IMG/VR virus record: IMGVR_UViG_3300021432_000036
Location: 1 to 25,836 of that record
Strand: one strand, 5' to 3'
Length of the DNA: 25,836 bases
Origin: a virus
Taxonomy: Duplodnaviria > Caudoviricetes
The notes below the pieces were generated by a model. The model searched no databases and was not told the DNA's origin. It saw only the letters and a list, made by a program, of their open reading frames with translations. The translations under genes were made by a program, and so were the position numbers. The stretch's first letter is position 1, and each line of letters opens with the position of its first letter. Below, one piece after another: positions 1 to 8,277 of the stretch.

Positions 1-822
1 CTCACCCTGCATCACTATTAATTCATCCTGACTATCATTACGTATGTCTGATACTTGTGATTCTTCTATCTTAAAGTCTTGTGTTAATATCTTTAACATT
101 ATCATTTCTGCCAAAGTAAATGACATTGGATATTCATCATCAACCGTAAATGGTCTTATTTGATTAACCAGTTGTACTTTGCCTGTACCTAAAAAAACAG
201 AATTAACCGCTGTAAACGTTTGTGGTGCGTTATATTGTATTGCATTATGTACAATAGTACCAGATTGTACTTGATAAAGAGTGCCTATTACAAGTGTTCC
301 AGACACTTTATCTGTAGTATCATAAATAGTCCCTTCTAAAGGATTGTCAAGGATAAGTATAGGATTAAGGAAGTCTACAAGGCTATTTACATAGATAGAT
401 GTACCTACTTTAAAATAATAATCGAATCTTGTCCTTAGTGAACCTTGTACAAAATCAAAAAATCTCGGTTGACTCACCGGATAATATGTAATCTGCTTGG
501 TCGCAGAACTCATACGATATATCCCAGCATTGCTCGGCAGTTGTACTACTGTAGGAATAGTTATCTTGCTCAAAGTAACTGATGAGATAGGTATGATCGG
601 ATCGTCCGCTGACGTTACTGTAGTAGTTGGGATCGAGCCCATATCTTGCAACCATGATGTATCCGTATCTAAAGTTTTTGAATAATTCTGTCTTATTGCT
701 ATTGCACGATAGCGATTGATTAGATGCTCTATGTGGCGTGGATTTACCCGAAAGTCCTTACTTATCTTAGATTTTTGTAGAAGTAAAAGAATATCACTCC
801 TATAATTTTTCAGCGAGGCCAT
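1..822 (-). CDS. crAss-like tail ring/connector structural protein (3' end runs off the window)
   Basis: Not in the ORF track. Read by hand from ATG at 822: MASLKNYRSDILLLLQKSKISKDFRVNPRHIEHLINRYRAIAIRQ...DDEYPMSFTLAEMIMLKIL...DIRNDSQD, open to base 1. The N-terminal helix, the C-terminal EYPM..D..ND pattern and the position in the structural module resemble crAss ring proteins. Confidence 0.7.
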   Translation of the reverse strand, partial: MASLKNYRSDILLLLQKSKISKDFRVNPRHIEHLINRYRAIAIRQNYSKTLDTDTSWLQDMGSIPTTTVTSADDPIIPISSVTLSKITIPTVVQLPSNAGIYRMSSATKQITYYPVSQPRFFDFVQGSLRTRFDYYFKVGTSIYVNSLVDFLNPILILDNPLEGTIYDTTDKVSGTLVIGTLYQVQSGTIVHNAIQYNAPQTFTAVNSVFLGTGKVQLVNQIRPFTVDDEYPMSFTLAEMIMLKILTQDFKIEESQVSDIRNDSQDELIVMQGE

Positions 823-840
823 ATTAAATATTATATATTA

Positions 841-848
841 CAAATATA
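841..848 (-). promoter_or_regulatory. Bacteroidota sigma-70-type -7 element TATATTTG
   Basis: Matches TAnnTTTG. Lies 19 nt upstream of the ATG at 822, directly after a terminator. Confidence 0.6.
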
Positions 849-859
849 ATAAAAATAAA

Positions 860-887
860 AGGGAGAAAACAATTAAGTTTTCTCCCT
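860..887 (-). terminator. Intrinsic terminator after auxiliary capsid gene 1
   Basis: Stem AGGGAGAAAAC/GTTTTCTCCCT, flanked by A/T tracts on both sides. Confidence 0.75.
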
Positions 888-912
888 CTTTTATCAACCA
901 TTTTCCTATCGA

Positions 913-1938
913 TTAAATGTTAATCATTGTAGGGAAGTTTGCAAGCATAGCCGCATCAAATGCGCCATAACCAGCAGCACCTTCATTAGCATACACTACT
1001 TGTACTCTACGTGCACCAACCAAAACTCCACTTGAAGCATTGTCAGGAGCAAGAATAGAATCAACAACTATATATTGAGTATAGTTATTAGATGCTATTA
1101 CCAACTCAAAAGTTGGGAAAGAGAACAAACCTTGACGTAAGTTATCGCTCAACAATTCTTTTTGAGGAACTTCATCAACTAATCTTGAACCAATACCACG
1201 ACTGATAACACCAGCAGTTGTAATAACTAAATCGCTTGCTGCAAATCCTTTAGTAACAAGTACTGTATTTGGACCTTGGAACAAACCTTTAGTATAAGCA
1301 GAGAAATAACCACCAATATCAATGATTCTTAGACCTAATCCTAATACTGGAGGAGCACTTGTTGTAGTTGTAGCACCACTTGTTTGACCAGTGATTACTT
1401 CTCCGTTTACGAATAAACCAGAGAATACTGCAATGGTCATATTTCCTGCTACATCGGATACAAAATATCCTTTTGCGCCAGAAGTTCCACCTGTTACTAC
1501 TTCATGTAAAACAAATGTTCCTACTACTGCACCATGTGTAATGGTAATAACAGAACCAGCATTAGCACGTGCCGATGCTGTATTGTTAATTTTTGTTGCA
1601 ATAGAGAAATAGATGTTGTATTTATCTGTTGCAGGGCTTCCCGATAATACCGCCGGAGCAGTAGCACCAAAGAATGTTAATTGATTTTGAGCACCTTCTC
1701 TACGATTACCAGTATTGCCTATTGCAACTTGGTATTTAGAGAATGCTACAATAGCTGCTGCACTTGTAACAGTTACCACTTGACGAATTTCTGCAATAGA
1801 GTGTGCTCTTGTTGCTGAAAGAACTTGTGTTTGAAGAACTGGAAACCAGCCAGAAACCTGTACGGACCCGGCAGTTAAAACAGAATCTCCTGCTACCTCA
1901 TTATTCAAGAGGTATGCACGAACTACTTTTGATTCCAT
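913..1938 (-). CDS. Putative auxiliary capsid/decoration protein (paralog A, 341 aa)
   Basis: Rich in G/A/T/V and beta-type, located between ring-protein genes downstream of the MCP. Colinear with the first ~342 aa of 3148..4827 (about two-thirds identical by eye). Contains two F..(G)E..TG.TSGA repeats typical of virion proteins. Confidence 0.6.
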   Translation of the reverse strand: MESKVVRAYLLNNEVAGDSVLTAGSVQVSGWFPVLQTQVLSATRAHSIAEIRQVVTVTSAAAIVAFSKYQVAIGNTGNRREGAQNQLTFFGATAPAVLSGSPATDKYNIYFSIATKINNTASARANAGSVITITHGAVVGTFVLHEVVTGGTSGAKGYFVSDVAGNMTIAVFSGLFVNGEVITGQTSGATTTTSAPPVLGLGLRIIDIGGYFSAYTKGLFQGPNTVLVTKGFAASDLVITTAGVISRGIGSRLVDEVPQKELLSDNLRQGLFSFPTFELVIASNNYTQYIVVDSILAPDNASSGVLVGARRVQVVYANEGAAGYGAFDAAMLANFPTMINI

Positions 1939-2007
1939 GATTAAAAAATATTAAATTTAATTATTTAGTTGTGTGCCCTATGGCACCACTAAATTAGTAA
2001 ATTTTTT

Positions 2008-2733
2008 TTAATCTATTATATTTATATCGGAAAGTTTCCCATTATATTTAATCACTCCTTCGTTGTGCGCTATGGCAGCATCCTTTTCATCTTCAAAATA
2101 TCCCAAATGTTTTACTTTATTATTTATGCGAACTGAAGCAACCCACTTACCTATTTTCATTTTTCGTGTTTCCTTATGCCAACTAACCCCCTTGTATTTA
2201 CTTCTTTTATAAGCATGAATAATATTGCATCTATCTGTAATTATCATTTCTTCCAATTTTTTGATAGGAATATTTATTTCATTAGGACAAAAATAGTCTG
2301 ATAATTCTAATCCTTTTTTATTATAGGCATGAGCCGCAGCCTCCTCTGTTCTATAATACCCACAAAAATGTTTCTTACCATTCATTCGGCAATATGATAA
2401 CCATGTTTTTGTTTCTTCTCTAAAATAGACACCTTTATATTTATTTTTTGTATTTTTTCGCTTTTCCTGATTATGACTATTGCCTTTTTTATCTGTTATT
2501 CTAATATTATCTCTTGTATTATTTAATTTTATTCTATCGATATGATCTGATATTTCACCTGATTTAATTTGTTTAATTAAATGGTGCATTTTTGTTTCTT
2601 TTCCATTTATTTTTGTTGCTGCATAACCACCCGAAATCCACCACCGATGTTTATTTATCCAATCATAATCTGAATCATCAACTTGGGCAAATTTACCATT
2701 TCCGTGTATTCCGTGTAATTTAATATGTTTCAT
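2008..2733 (-). CDS. Free-standing HNH homing endonuclease with two AP2 DNA-binding domains
   Basis: HNH motif MHH...DHIDRIKLNNTRDNIR...N..N. Two AP2 repeats: YKGVYF...CGYYRTEEAAAHAYN and YKGVSW...LGYFEDEKDAAIAHN. Confidence 0.9.
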   Translation of the reverse strand: MKHIKLHGIHGNGKFAQVDDSDYDWINKHRWWISGGYAATKINGKETKMHHLIKQIKSGEISDHIDRIKLNNTRDNIRITDKKGNSHNQEKRKNTKNKYKGVYFREETKTWLSYCRMNGKKHFCGYYRTEEAAAHAYNKKGLELSDYFCPNEINIPIKKLEEMIITDRCNIIHAYKRSKYKGVSWHKETRKMKIGKWVASVRINNKVKHLGYFEDEKDAAIAHNEGVIKYNGKLSDINIID

Positions 2734-2738
2734 ACTAT

Positions 2739-2966
2739 TTATTTTATTTTGTTTCCATATTTCTTACTTTCTGCATGACAATATCTATGTGGTATTTTAT
2801 ACCAGTATATTAATACTGGACTTTTGCCTTTATCTAAATACATTTTTCTAACACCAATAACTTTTCTAACTATTAATGCAGGACCATCATATTCTGATCC
2901 ATCATAAATTACTTGTGCATTTTTTGGCATTTTTTGTAATTCTTCAATTAATTTTTTGACTGTCAT
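2739..2966 (-). CDS. Small phage hypothetical protein
   Basis: The N-terminus MTVKKLIEELQKMPKNAQV is a common small phage-protein pattern. The gene ends 5 nt before the HNH start. Confidence 0.6.
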   Translation of the reverse strand: MTVKKLIEELQKMPKNAQVIYDGSEYDGPALIVRKVIGVRKMYLDKGKSPVLIYWYKIPHRYCHAESKKYGNKIK

Positions 2967-2994
2967 GTTTTTTGTTTTTAATTGTTTATAAAAT

Positions 2995-3089
2995 AAAAAA
3001 TCCCCTTGATAGTGCAGCTATCTCAGGGATTAGTAAAGGCTTGCGCCAATATTTTTTTGAATTGCTGCACAATTCTATGCTCAAATATA
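2995..3089 (-). promoter_or_regulatory. Promoter plus kissing-loop leader/attenuator element A
   Basis: TATATTTG at 3082-3089, then hairpin GAATT-GTGCAGC-AATTC, then a GGC-GCAA-GCC tetraloop hairpin, then hairpin ATCCC..GATA-GCTGCAC-TATC..GGGAT followed by a U tract. The two loops are complementary. Confidence 0.6.
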
Positions 3090-3096
3090 CAAAAAT

Positions 3097-3128
3097 AAAA
3101 TGGGATAACAATTAAGTCATCCCATTTT
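3097..3128 (-). terminator. Intrinsic terminator after auxiliary capsid gene 2
   Basis: Stem AAAATGGGAT/ATCCCATTTT. It has the same ACTTAATTGT core as the terminator at 860-887. Confidence 0.7.
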
Positions 3129-3147
3129 TTATTATTAATCCTATTAA

Positions 3148-4827
3148 TTAAGAGGTAGGAAGTACATAAGTACCTGCTCCAGCACCAGTGCTTATAGCTG
3201 CTGCCGCTGTTGACAATAATCTACCTTCAAGTTGCGTATTAGCACCAGTAGTTTGACCTGCTGGAGAAAGAGAGTTTCCTTTCCAGATAGTGTTTGCTCC
3301 TGTTGTTAATGCTGCGCCTGATGCGAAGAAAATCCTTGATGCAACTGCTCCATTTAGCAATACAAAAGTTGTATTGGCTCCTGTGGTAATCGCACCGGGG
3401 AATATAAATACATAATCTCCAACTCCGCTAAAGGTAACTGTTCCTCCTGCTCCTGTTCCCGCTGCACCTGTTCCTTTAAAGATACCCGGATGGAATATAC
3501 CCGGACCATTACCTACGTCAACAGTTTCTAAAACAACTGCTCCCGGAATAAAGCTAAATGTTGGTGTTAATCCTGTCAATGTAGCATAAGTATTTGCTGC
3601 ATCATTAACTGCCGGAGTAGATGCTGGGGCTGGATAATCTGCACCAGAAGTAAATACTACCGAACCAATTATTGCGCCTGCTTGTCCTATATCTCCATTT
3701 ACTGGTTGTGCTGGTGTTCCAACTGTAAGAGCACCACCTGTAAGAATAACATAAGTAGTAGCTAATCCTAAAGAATAAGCTGGTGCTATTGGAACACCAT
3801 TACTATTTACCATTGTAGGGAAATTGGTAAGCATAACGGCTTGAAATGCTGCATATCCCGGTGCGCCCTCGTTTACATATAAAACCTGTACACGTCTTGC
3901 GGCAACGGTCGTTCCTGCTGCTGCATCATTTGGAACATTGTTAATATAATCTACTACAATATATTCTGTGTAGTTATTTGCTGCAATGATAGCTTCTGTT
4001 GTAGGGAAAGAAAATAATCCTTGAGCTAAATTACTACTCAACAATTCTAATTTAGGTACATCATCCACTAATCTTGTTCCAATACCTCTGCTAATAACGC
4101 CAGCGGTAGTGATAACTAAGTCTAATGATCCCCAACCTCTTGTTGCAAGTACTGTATTTGGTCCCTGTAAAAATCCTTTAGTATATGAAGAAAAATATAA
4201 ACCTGTATCTGTAATTCTAAGTCCCAATCCAATAGTAGGAGGAGCAGTAGTAAGTGCAGTAGCACCACTTGTTTGTCCTGTGATAGTTTCACCACTAATG
4301 AAATCACCAAAATAGTTAGCAATAGTTAAAACACCTGCTGCGTCCAATACCAAATAACCCTTTGCGCCTGACGTACCGCCTGTTACTACTTCATTAAAAA
4401 TAAATGTTCCAACTGTTGCTGCGTGAGCAATAGTTATTACCGAACCAGCAGTAGCGTGTGCGGAAGGAGTTTGATTTATTTTTTTTGCAAGTGCAATATA
4501 AATATTGTGTTTATCCTGAGCAGCGTTACCAGACAATAAAGCCGGAGCTGTTGCACTAAAGAAATCTATTGGAGTTTGTGCGCCTTCTCTGCGGTTTCCT
4601 GTGTTACCAATGGCAACTTGATAAATTGTGAATGGCGTAATTGCAGCGTTACTTGTAATAGTAACAACTTGTTTTACTTCTGGCGTAGAAGTAATTTTAA
4701 TAGCCGAAAGAACATTGGTTTGTTTTATAGGGAACCAGCCCGTAATATATACGTAACCTGCCGTTAAGACTGAATCTGCGGGGGTTTCATTATTGAGCAA
4801 TTGCGCTCGGACAACTTTTTCTCCCAT
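3148..4827 (-). CDS. Putative auxiliary capsid protein (paralog B) with C-terminal DUF3494 ice-binding-type domain
   Basis: aa 1-342 are paralogous to 913..1938. aa ~350-559 carry DUF3494 hallmarks in order: LGLATTYVILTG, VNGDIG, AVNDAANTY, FHPGIF, YVFIFPGAITTGA, VLLNGAVASRIFF, WKGNSL, LEGRLLS. Confidence 0.8.
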   Translation of the reverse strand: MGEKVVRAQLLNNETPADSVLTAGYVYITGWFPIKQTNVLSAIKITSTPEVKQVVTITSNAAITPFTIYQVAIGNTGNRREGAQTPIDFFSATAPALLSGNAAQDKHNIYIALAKKINQTPSAHATAGSVITIAHAATVGTFIFNEVVTGGTSGAKGYLVLDAAGVLTIANYFGDFISGETITGQTSGATALTTAPPTIGLGLRITDTGLYFSSYTKGFLQGPNTVLATRGWGSLDLVITTAGVISRGIGTRLVDDVPKLELLSSNLAQGLFSFPTTEAIIAANNYTEYIVVDYINNVPNDAAAGTTVAARRVQVLYVNEGAPGYAAFQAVMLTNFPTMVNSNGVPIAPAYSLGLATTYVILTGGALTVGTPAQPVNGDIGQAGAIIGSVVFTSGADYPAPASTPAVNDAANTYATLTGLTPTFSFIPGAVVLETVDVGNGPGIFHPGIFKGTGAAGTGAGGTVTFSGVGDYVFIFPGAITTGANTTFVLLNGAVASRIFFASGAALTTGANTIWKGNSLSPAGQTTGANTQLEGRLLSTAAAAISTGAGAGTYVLPTS

Positions 4828-4863
4828 GATTTTTAATTTTTAGTTTTTTGCTTTATAGCATTA

Positions 4864-4871
4864 CAAATATA
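4864..4871 (-). promoter_or_regulatory. -7 element TATATTTG
   Basis: TAnnTTTG 37 nt upstream of the ATG at 4827. Confidence 0.55.
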
Positions 4872-4878
4872 ATGCTTT

Positions 4879-5652
4879 TTATGATTTATTTGCTTCTGCT
4901 TCCGACCATTTAGACTTTGAGTAATTTTCTACTTCTCCAATAATTATAGACGCAGCCAATTTAGCTAATTCCTCATGAGTGCTTACTGGCAAATCAGTAT
5001 TAACTATATTAATTACAGTACCAATACCTGTTAGTGCAGTATTAACTGCAATAAATGTCTGTCCTACCTGATAGGTAATAGCATTATGTGTTACGGTATT
5101 TGTAGTAACATAATATGTTAATCCAATAGTAAGAACAGCCGGACCCGCCACTATAGGAACGGTAGATACAAATACTATTGCAGGAGCAATTAGATAGGTT
5201 AATATGGCACTACTAAAAGTACCAGTACCACCAAAGTCTACATTGATTCCATTTTGATCTTCAAAGTGTACAGGATATTCTATTGTGGGTTCTTGGAATG
5301 TATTACTCTTTATAATTCTATATTCATCATAAGATACCATACGACTACTTTTTTGTATTCCATTAACTATTGTATCAAAGCTGAGTTCGTGTTTGTAATC
5401 AGATGGGTAAGTAACTAAATTGCCTGAGGGAGTTAATGGAGCTGTCTTTACTAATGTACGAAGGTCATCACGTACCCTTTGAATAAATTCAAACGAATAC
5501 ATTTTATGCTGCTTGATATTATCATACCTGTCATAAAAGAATTGATCTATTGCTGTATTAACAGCATTGTCCTTTTCAATCTCTGTGAAGCGAGCAGAAC
5601 GGGCACGATCCACCCATTGCATCATTCTATTTTCTAATTCTACAATATTCAT
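4879..5652 (-). CDS. crAss-like tail ring protein
   Basis: Motifs FEFIQRVRDDLRTLVK and DLPVSTHEELAKLA resemble conserved crAss ring proteins. It is the second gene after the MCP. Confidence 0.7.
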   Translation of the reverse strand: MNIVELENRMMQWVDRARSARFTEIEKDNAVNTAIDQFFYDRYDNIKQHKMYSFEFIQRVRDDLRTLVKTAPLTPSGNLVTYPSDYKHELSFDTIVNGIQKSSRMVSYDEYRIIKSNTFQEPTIEYPVHFEDQNGINVDFGGTGTFSSAILTYLIAPAIVFVSTVPIVAGPAVLTIGLTYYVTTNTVTHNAITYQVGQTFIAVNTALTGIGTVINIVNTDLPVSTHEELAKLAASIIIGEVENYSKSKWSEAEANKS

Positions 5653-5680
5653 GATAGTAAGTTTTTATAAAGGTAAAAAA

Positions 5681-5710
5681 AATAGGCCAACAATTTCTTG
5701 TCAGCCTATT
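5681..5710 (-). terminator. Intrinsic terminator
   Basis: Stem AATAGGC..ACAA/TTGT..GCCTATT followed by a T run on the minus strand. Confidence 0.6.
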
Positions 5711-5729
5711 TCTTGTTCAAGCAATTAAT

Positions 5730-6656
5730 TTATTCAACTTCAAAAGATTCTGCATATCCTTTTTTAGCTAATGGATTCTTTTTATCTTCGACTTCTTTTT
5801 TAGCGGTTTCTACCGCTGCTTCTTTTGCCGTTTCTACTTTCTTTTCATTTCTGGCTTCTTCAACATAGAATATATCCTTCTCTTTCGATTCCGTATCAAT
5901 AAACACCATCATCTGTCTATCCTTGCGAAGGGAATTAACTATACCACCCTCAGTACTTCCAAGAGGAATGGTATTCTTAAACATATACCCTTTGTCAGGA
6001 GTAAGTTGGATAAGTCCAGTTGCCATACCACGCTGTATGATAACTTTAATATCTCTTTCTTCTTCATTTTCAAGCATACTCATAAAATAATCTGGCTTAT
6101 TCATAGCCTTCTCATAAAGCATCTGTTTGATAACAATGTAACTATTATTCATAGTATCAATAGCAAATAAACGTGCTATATCACGAATCTTAGTTTCAGT
6201 CATATCAGGTGCATTAATAAGTGCTACCGCATCCATAGATTTAACAACTGAATCAACTTTTGATTGAGCATCACGTTCTGTATCTATAACTTCAAACATG
6301 TGGAAACGTGTTCTGTTACCATCGCCACAGATAGCAGGATGATGTTTTACAACATGCCATTCTTTAGCATCTTGTTCTATCTCTAAATTGTAATGTCGGT
6401 GTCCATCAATTATAATGCGTTTGAACTTATATGTTCCATCTGCATTACGACCAATAGGAATACCATACCATACATCAGTATTAGGATTTCTCCATCCTCT
6501 GAAGGATAGTTGATTACTATTTAACTCTTTACCGTCTGTTGATTTTTTACTTCTTAACGGCTTAAGGATTACATTTCCTTTGCGTTGTATGTCTGAGAAG
6601 TCTACCAGATTTTGTTCTACCGGAGCGAAGCTCGGTACTGAAAATTGATTATTCAT
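5730..6656 (-). CDS. Conserved crAss-like protein downstream of the MCP (function unknown)
   Basis: 308 aa. Its position and the C-terminal 'IKVIIQRGMATGLI..Y.F....LG.T...IV..L' pattern match the gene usually found after the MCP in this group. Confidence 0.6.
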   Translation of the reverse strand: MNNQFSVPSFAPVEQNLVDFSDIQRKGNVILKPLRSKKSTDGKELNSNQLSFRGWRNPNTDVWYGIPIGRNADGTYKFKRIIIDGHRHYNLEIEQDAKEWHVVKHHPAICGDGNRTRFHMFEVIDTERDAQSKVDSVVKSMDAVALINAPDMTETKIRDIARLFAIDTMNNSYIVIKQMLYEKAMNKPDYFMSMLENEEERDIKVIIQRGMATGLIQLTPDKGYMFKNTIPLGSTEGGIVNSLRKDRQMMVFIDTESKEKDIFYVEEARNEKKVETAKEAAVETAKKEVEDKKNPLAKKGYAESFEVE

Positions 6657-6720
6657 TTTTATGTTTTTTAAATTATGAAGAGGGCTACCTCTTATCCGTT
6701 TAACAATAATTTAAGGAATT

Positions 6721-6753
6721 TTGGGGGAAGATGCTTAGCAACTCCTCCCCCAA
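6721..6753 (-). terminator. GC-rich hairpin just after the MCP stop (terminator or stabiliser)
   Basis: Stem TTGGGGGA/TCCCCCAA with an inner TGCT/AGCA stem. The U tract is weak. Confidence 0.45.
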
Positions 6754-6770
6754 TTTCCTACTCCTATTTT

Positions 6771-8243
6771 TTAGTTAGGAGATTTGTATATAATACCACA
6801 TGACATAGTATTGTAAATGAAGATACCATCTTCTTTCAGCATATTGAACTCAATAGCATCAGTAGAAGATACAACATCTCTGTTATCACCAGTTACACCA
6901 TTAAGGTATGCTGATACCATAGAACGATTAATTCCATAAGCACCTTTAGTCATAATCTCAATGTTGCTACGTCCTGCAACAGTACCCATATCAAGGAAAA
7001 TCATCATAGATGATTGTAGCAATTTACCATCGCTTCCACGTTGAGTAAAACGCTCTTCATCATCAAACATTGGATGTTTAACAGTAACGATTTGATTACC
7101 GTGAATGTTAAACACGTCGAAGTTACCTCCTACTGGAATATCTTCTCCTCCGATAGTTTGTGTTTGACCTGCATTTTGGTTAAGATTTGTACGACCACCC
7201 ATGAAATTAACACGGTAATCTCTAAACAAATCTTGTAGTGTTCCGTAACCATCAGTTCCAGTAACTACATACCACATTTTACCATATACGCTATTAGATT
7301 TCTTTTCTAATTGACGCATAAAGTCAGAGATGTCATCGATAGTAGCTGAACCATCAATGCCAGAACCGAACATTTCGTTTCCACCTTTGATTTGTTCTAA
7401 GATACCATCACCGATAACAACTTGTTCTCCAGTTTCAGGATCAATAACGTTAGAAACAGCTAACAAGTTATTGTTAGAATCTCTCATTGTTGATTTACCG
7501 AAGATTTTATTCCACTCATCTTCCATCATAAATTGAATACGTGCTTGACGTTCTTTTTCAAAGATCCATCCTTTAGCACCATTGTATTCATACCAAAGTA
7601 CATCAGTAAGTGCAGAACCAGAAAGGGCTACTGTCTTACGTTGAATACCTAAGTGGTTAATGAATTGGTCAGGATAATGAGTACGACCAAAACCACGAAG
7701 CGAACGTTCGCTATAAGCAGTAAATTGACCGAAACATGTTTTATCTCCTGACTGTGGAGTTACAGATGCAGCAAAGTTAAATACTGATTTGTCGATAGTT
7801 TGGAAACTATAAACGAAATTACCGGGACCTCCTGCTGGAAGACCTTGAACACGAGCTTGCAATCCATCCCAAAAAGTAACAATCATACCTTGTACGATAT
7901 AATTATCCTTTAAAGAAAGTTGGAAAGAACCATCAAGTCCAGAAGTACCCACTTGAGCACCAATAACTGTTTTCTTTTGAATACGACCTAATACATTGTA
8001 ACGGAAAGCATGATCTCCAATCAGTTTGTCTGCTGGAATTTTGCCAATCTTGTTACGTGTATTCATTCCTTGAAGATCCCAAGGAGATTTTGCACCTGAT
8101 ACGATCAAAGTTGAAAGCATACGAGGTTCTGCATACTGAATCACATCACGAATAACTGGTTTCTTTTGTTGATTTTCAGTAAGGTTACTTGATACTGTGC
8201 AGGTTTCATCGAACCTACCAGCATACACTTGAATTTTTCCCAT
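6771..8243 (-). CDS. Major capsid protein (crAss-like)
   Basis: 490 aa. Synteny is terL-portal-scaffold-MCP. Motifs YSERSLRG, NHLGIQRK, VVTGTDG and KHPMFDD fit crAss-type HK97-fold MCPs. Confidence 0.85.
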   Translation of the reverse strand: MGKIQVYAGRFDETCTVSSNLTENQQKKPVIRDVIQYAEPRMLSTLIVSGAKSPWDLQGMNTRNKIGKIPADKLIGDHAFRYNVLGRIQKKTVIGAQVGTSGLDGSFQLSLKDNYIVQGMIVTFWDGLQARVQGLPAGGPGNFVYSFQTIDKSVFNFAASVTPQSGDKTCFGQFTAYSERSLRGFGRTHYPDQFINHLGIQRKTVALSGSALTDVLWYEYNGAKGWIFEKERQARIQFMMEDEWNKIFGKSTMRDSNNNLLAVSNVIDPETGEQVVIGDGILEQIKGGNEMFGSGIDGSATIDDISDFMRQLEKKSNSVYGKMWYVVTGTDGYGTLQDLFRDYRVNFMGGRTNLNQNAGQTQTIGGEDIPVGGNFDVFNIHGNQIVTVKHPMFDDEERFTQRGSDGKLLQSSMMIFLDMGTVAGRSNIEIMTKGAYGINRSMVSAYLNGVTGDNRDVVSSTDAIEFNMLKEDGIFIYNTMSCGIIYKSPN

Positions 8244-8277
8244 AATTATTTAAACATTTTAAAAGGTTAGACAATAC

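Noticed and set aside
455-685. ORF-track entries 455..655 (-) and 497..685 (+)
   Set aside because: They are alternative-frame or antisense shadows of the real gene at 1..822 (-), which the track missed because it has no stop in the window.
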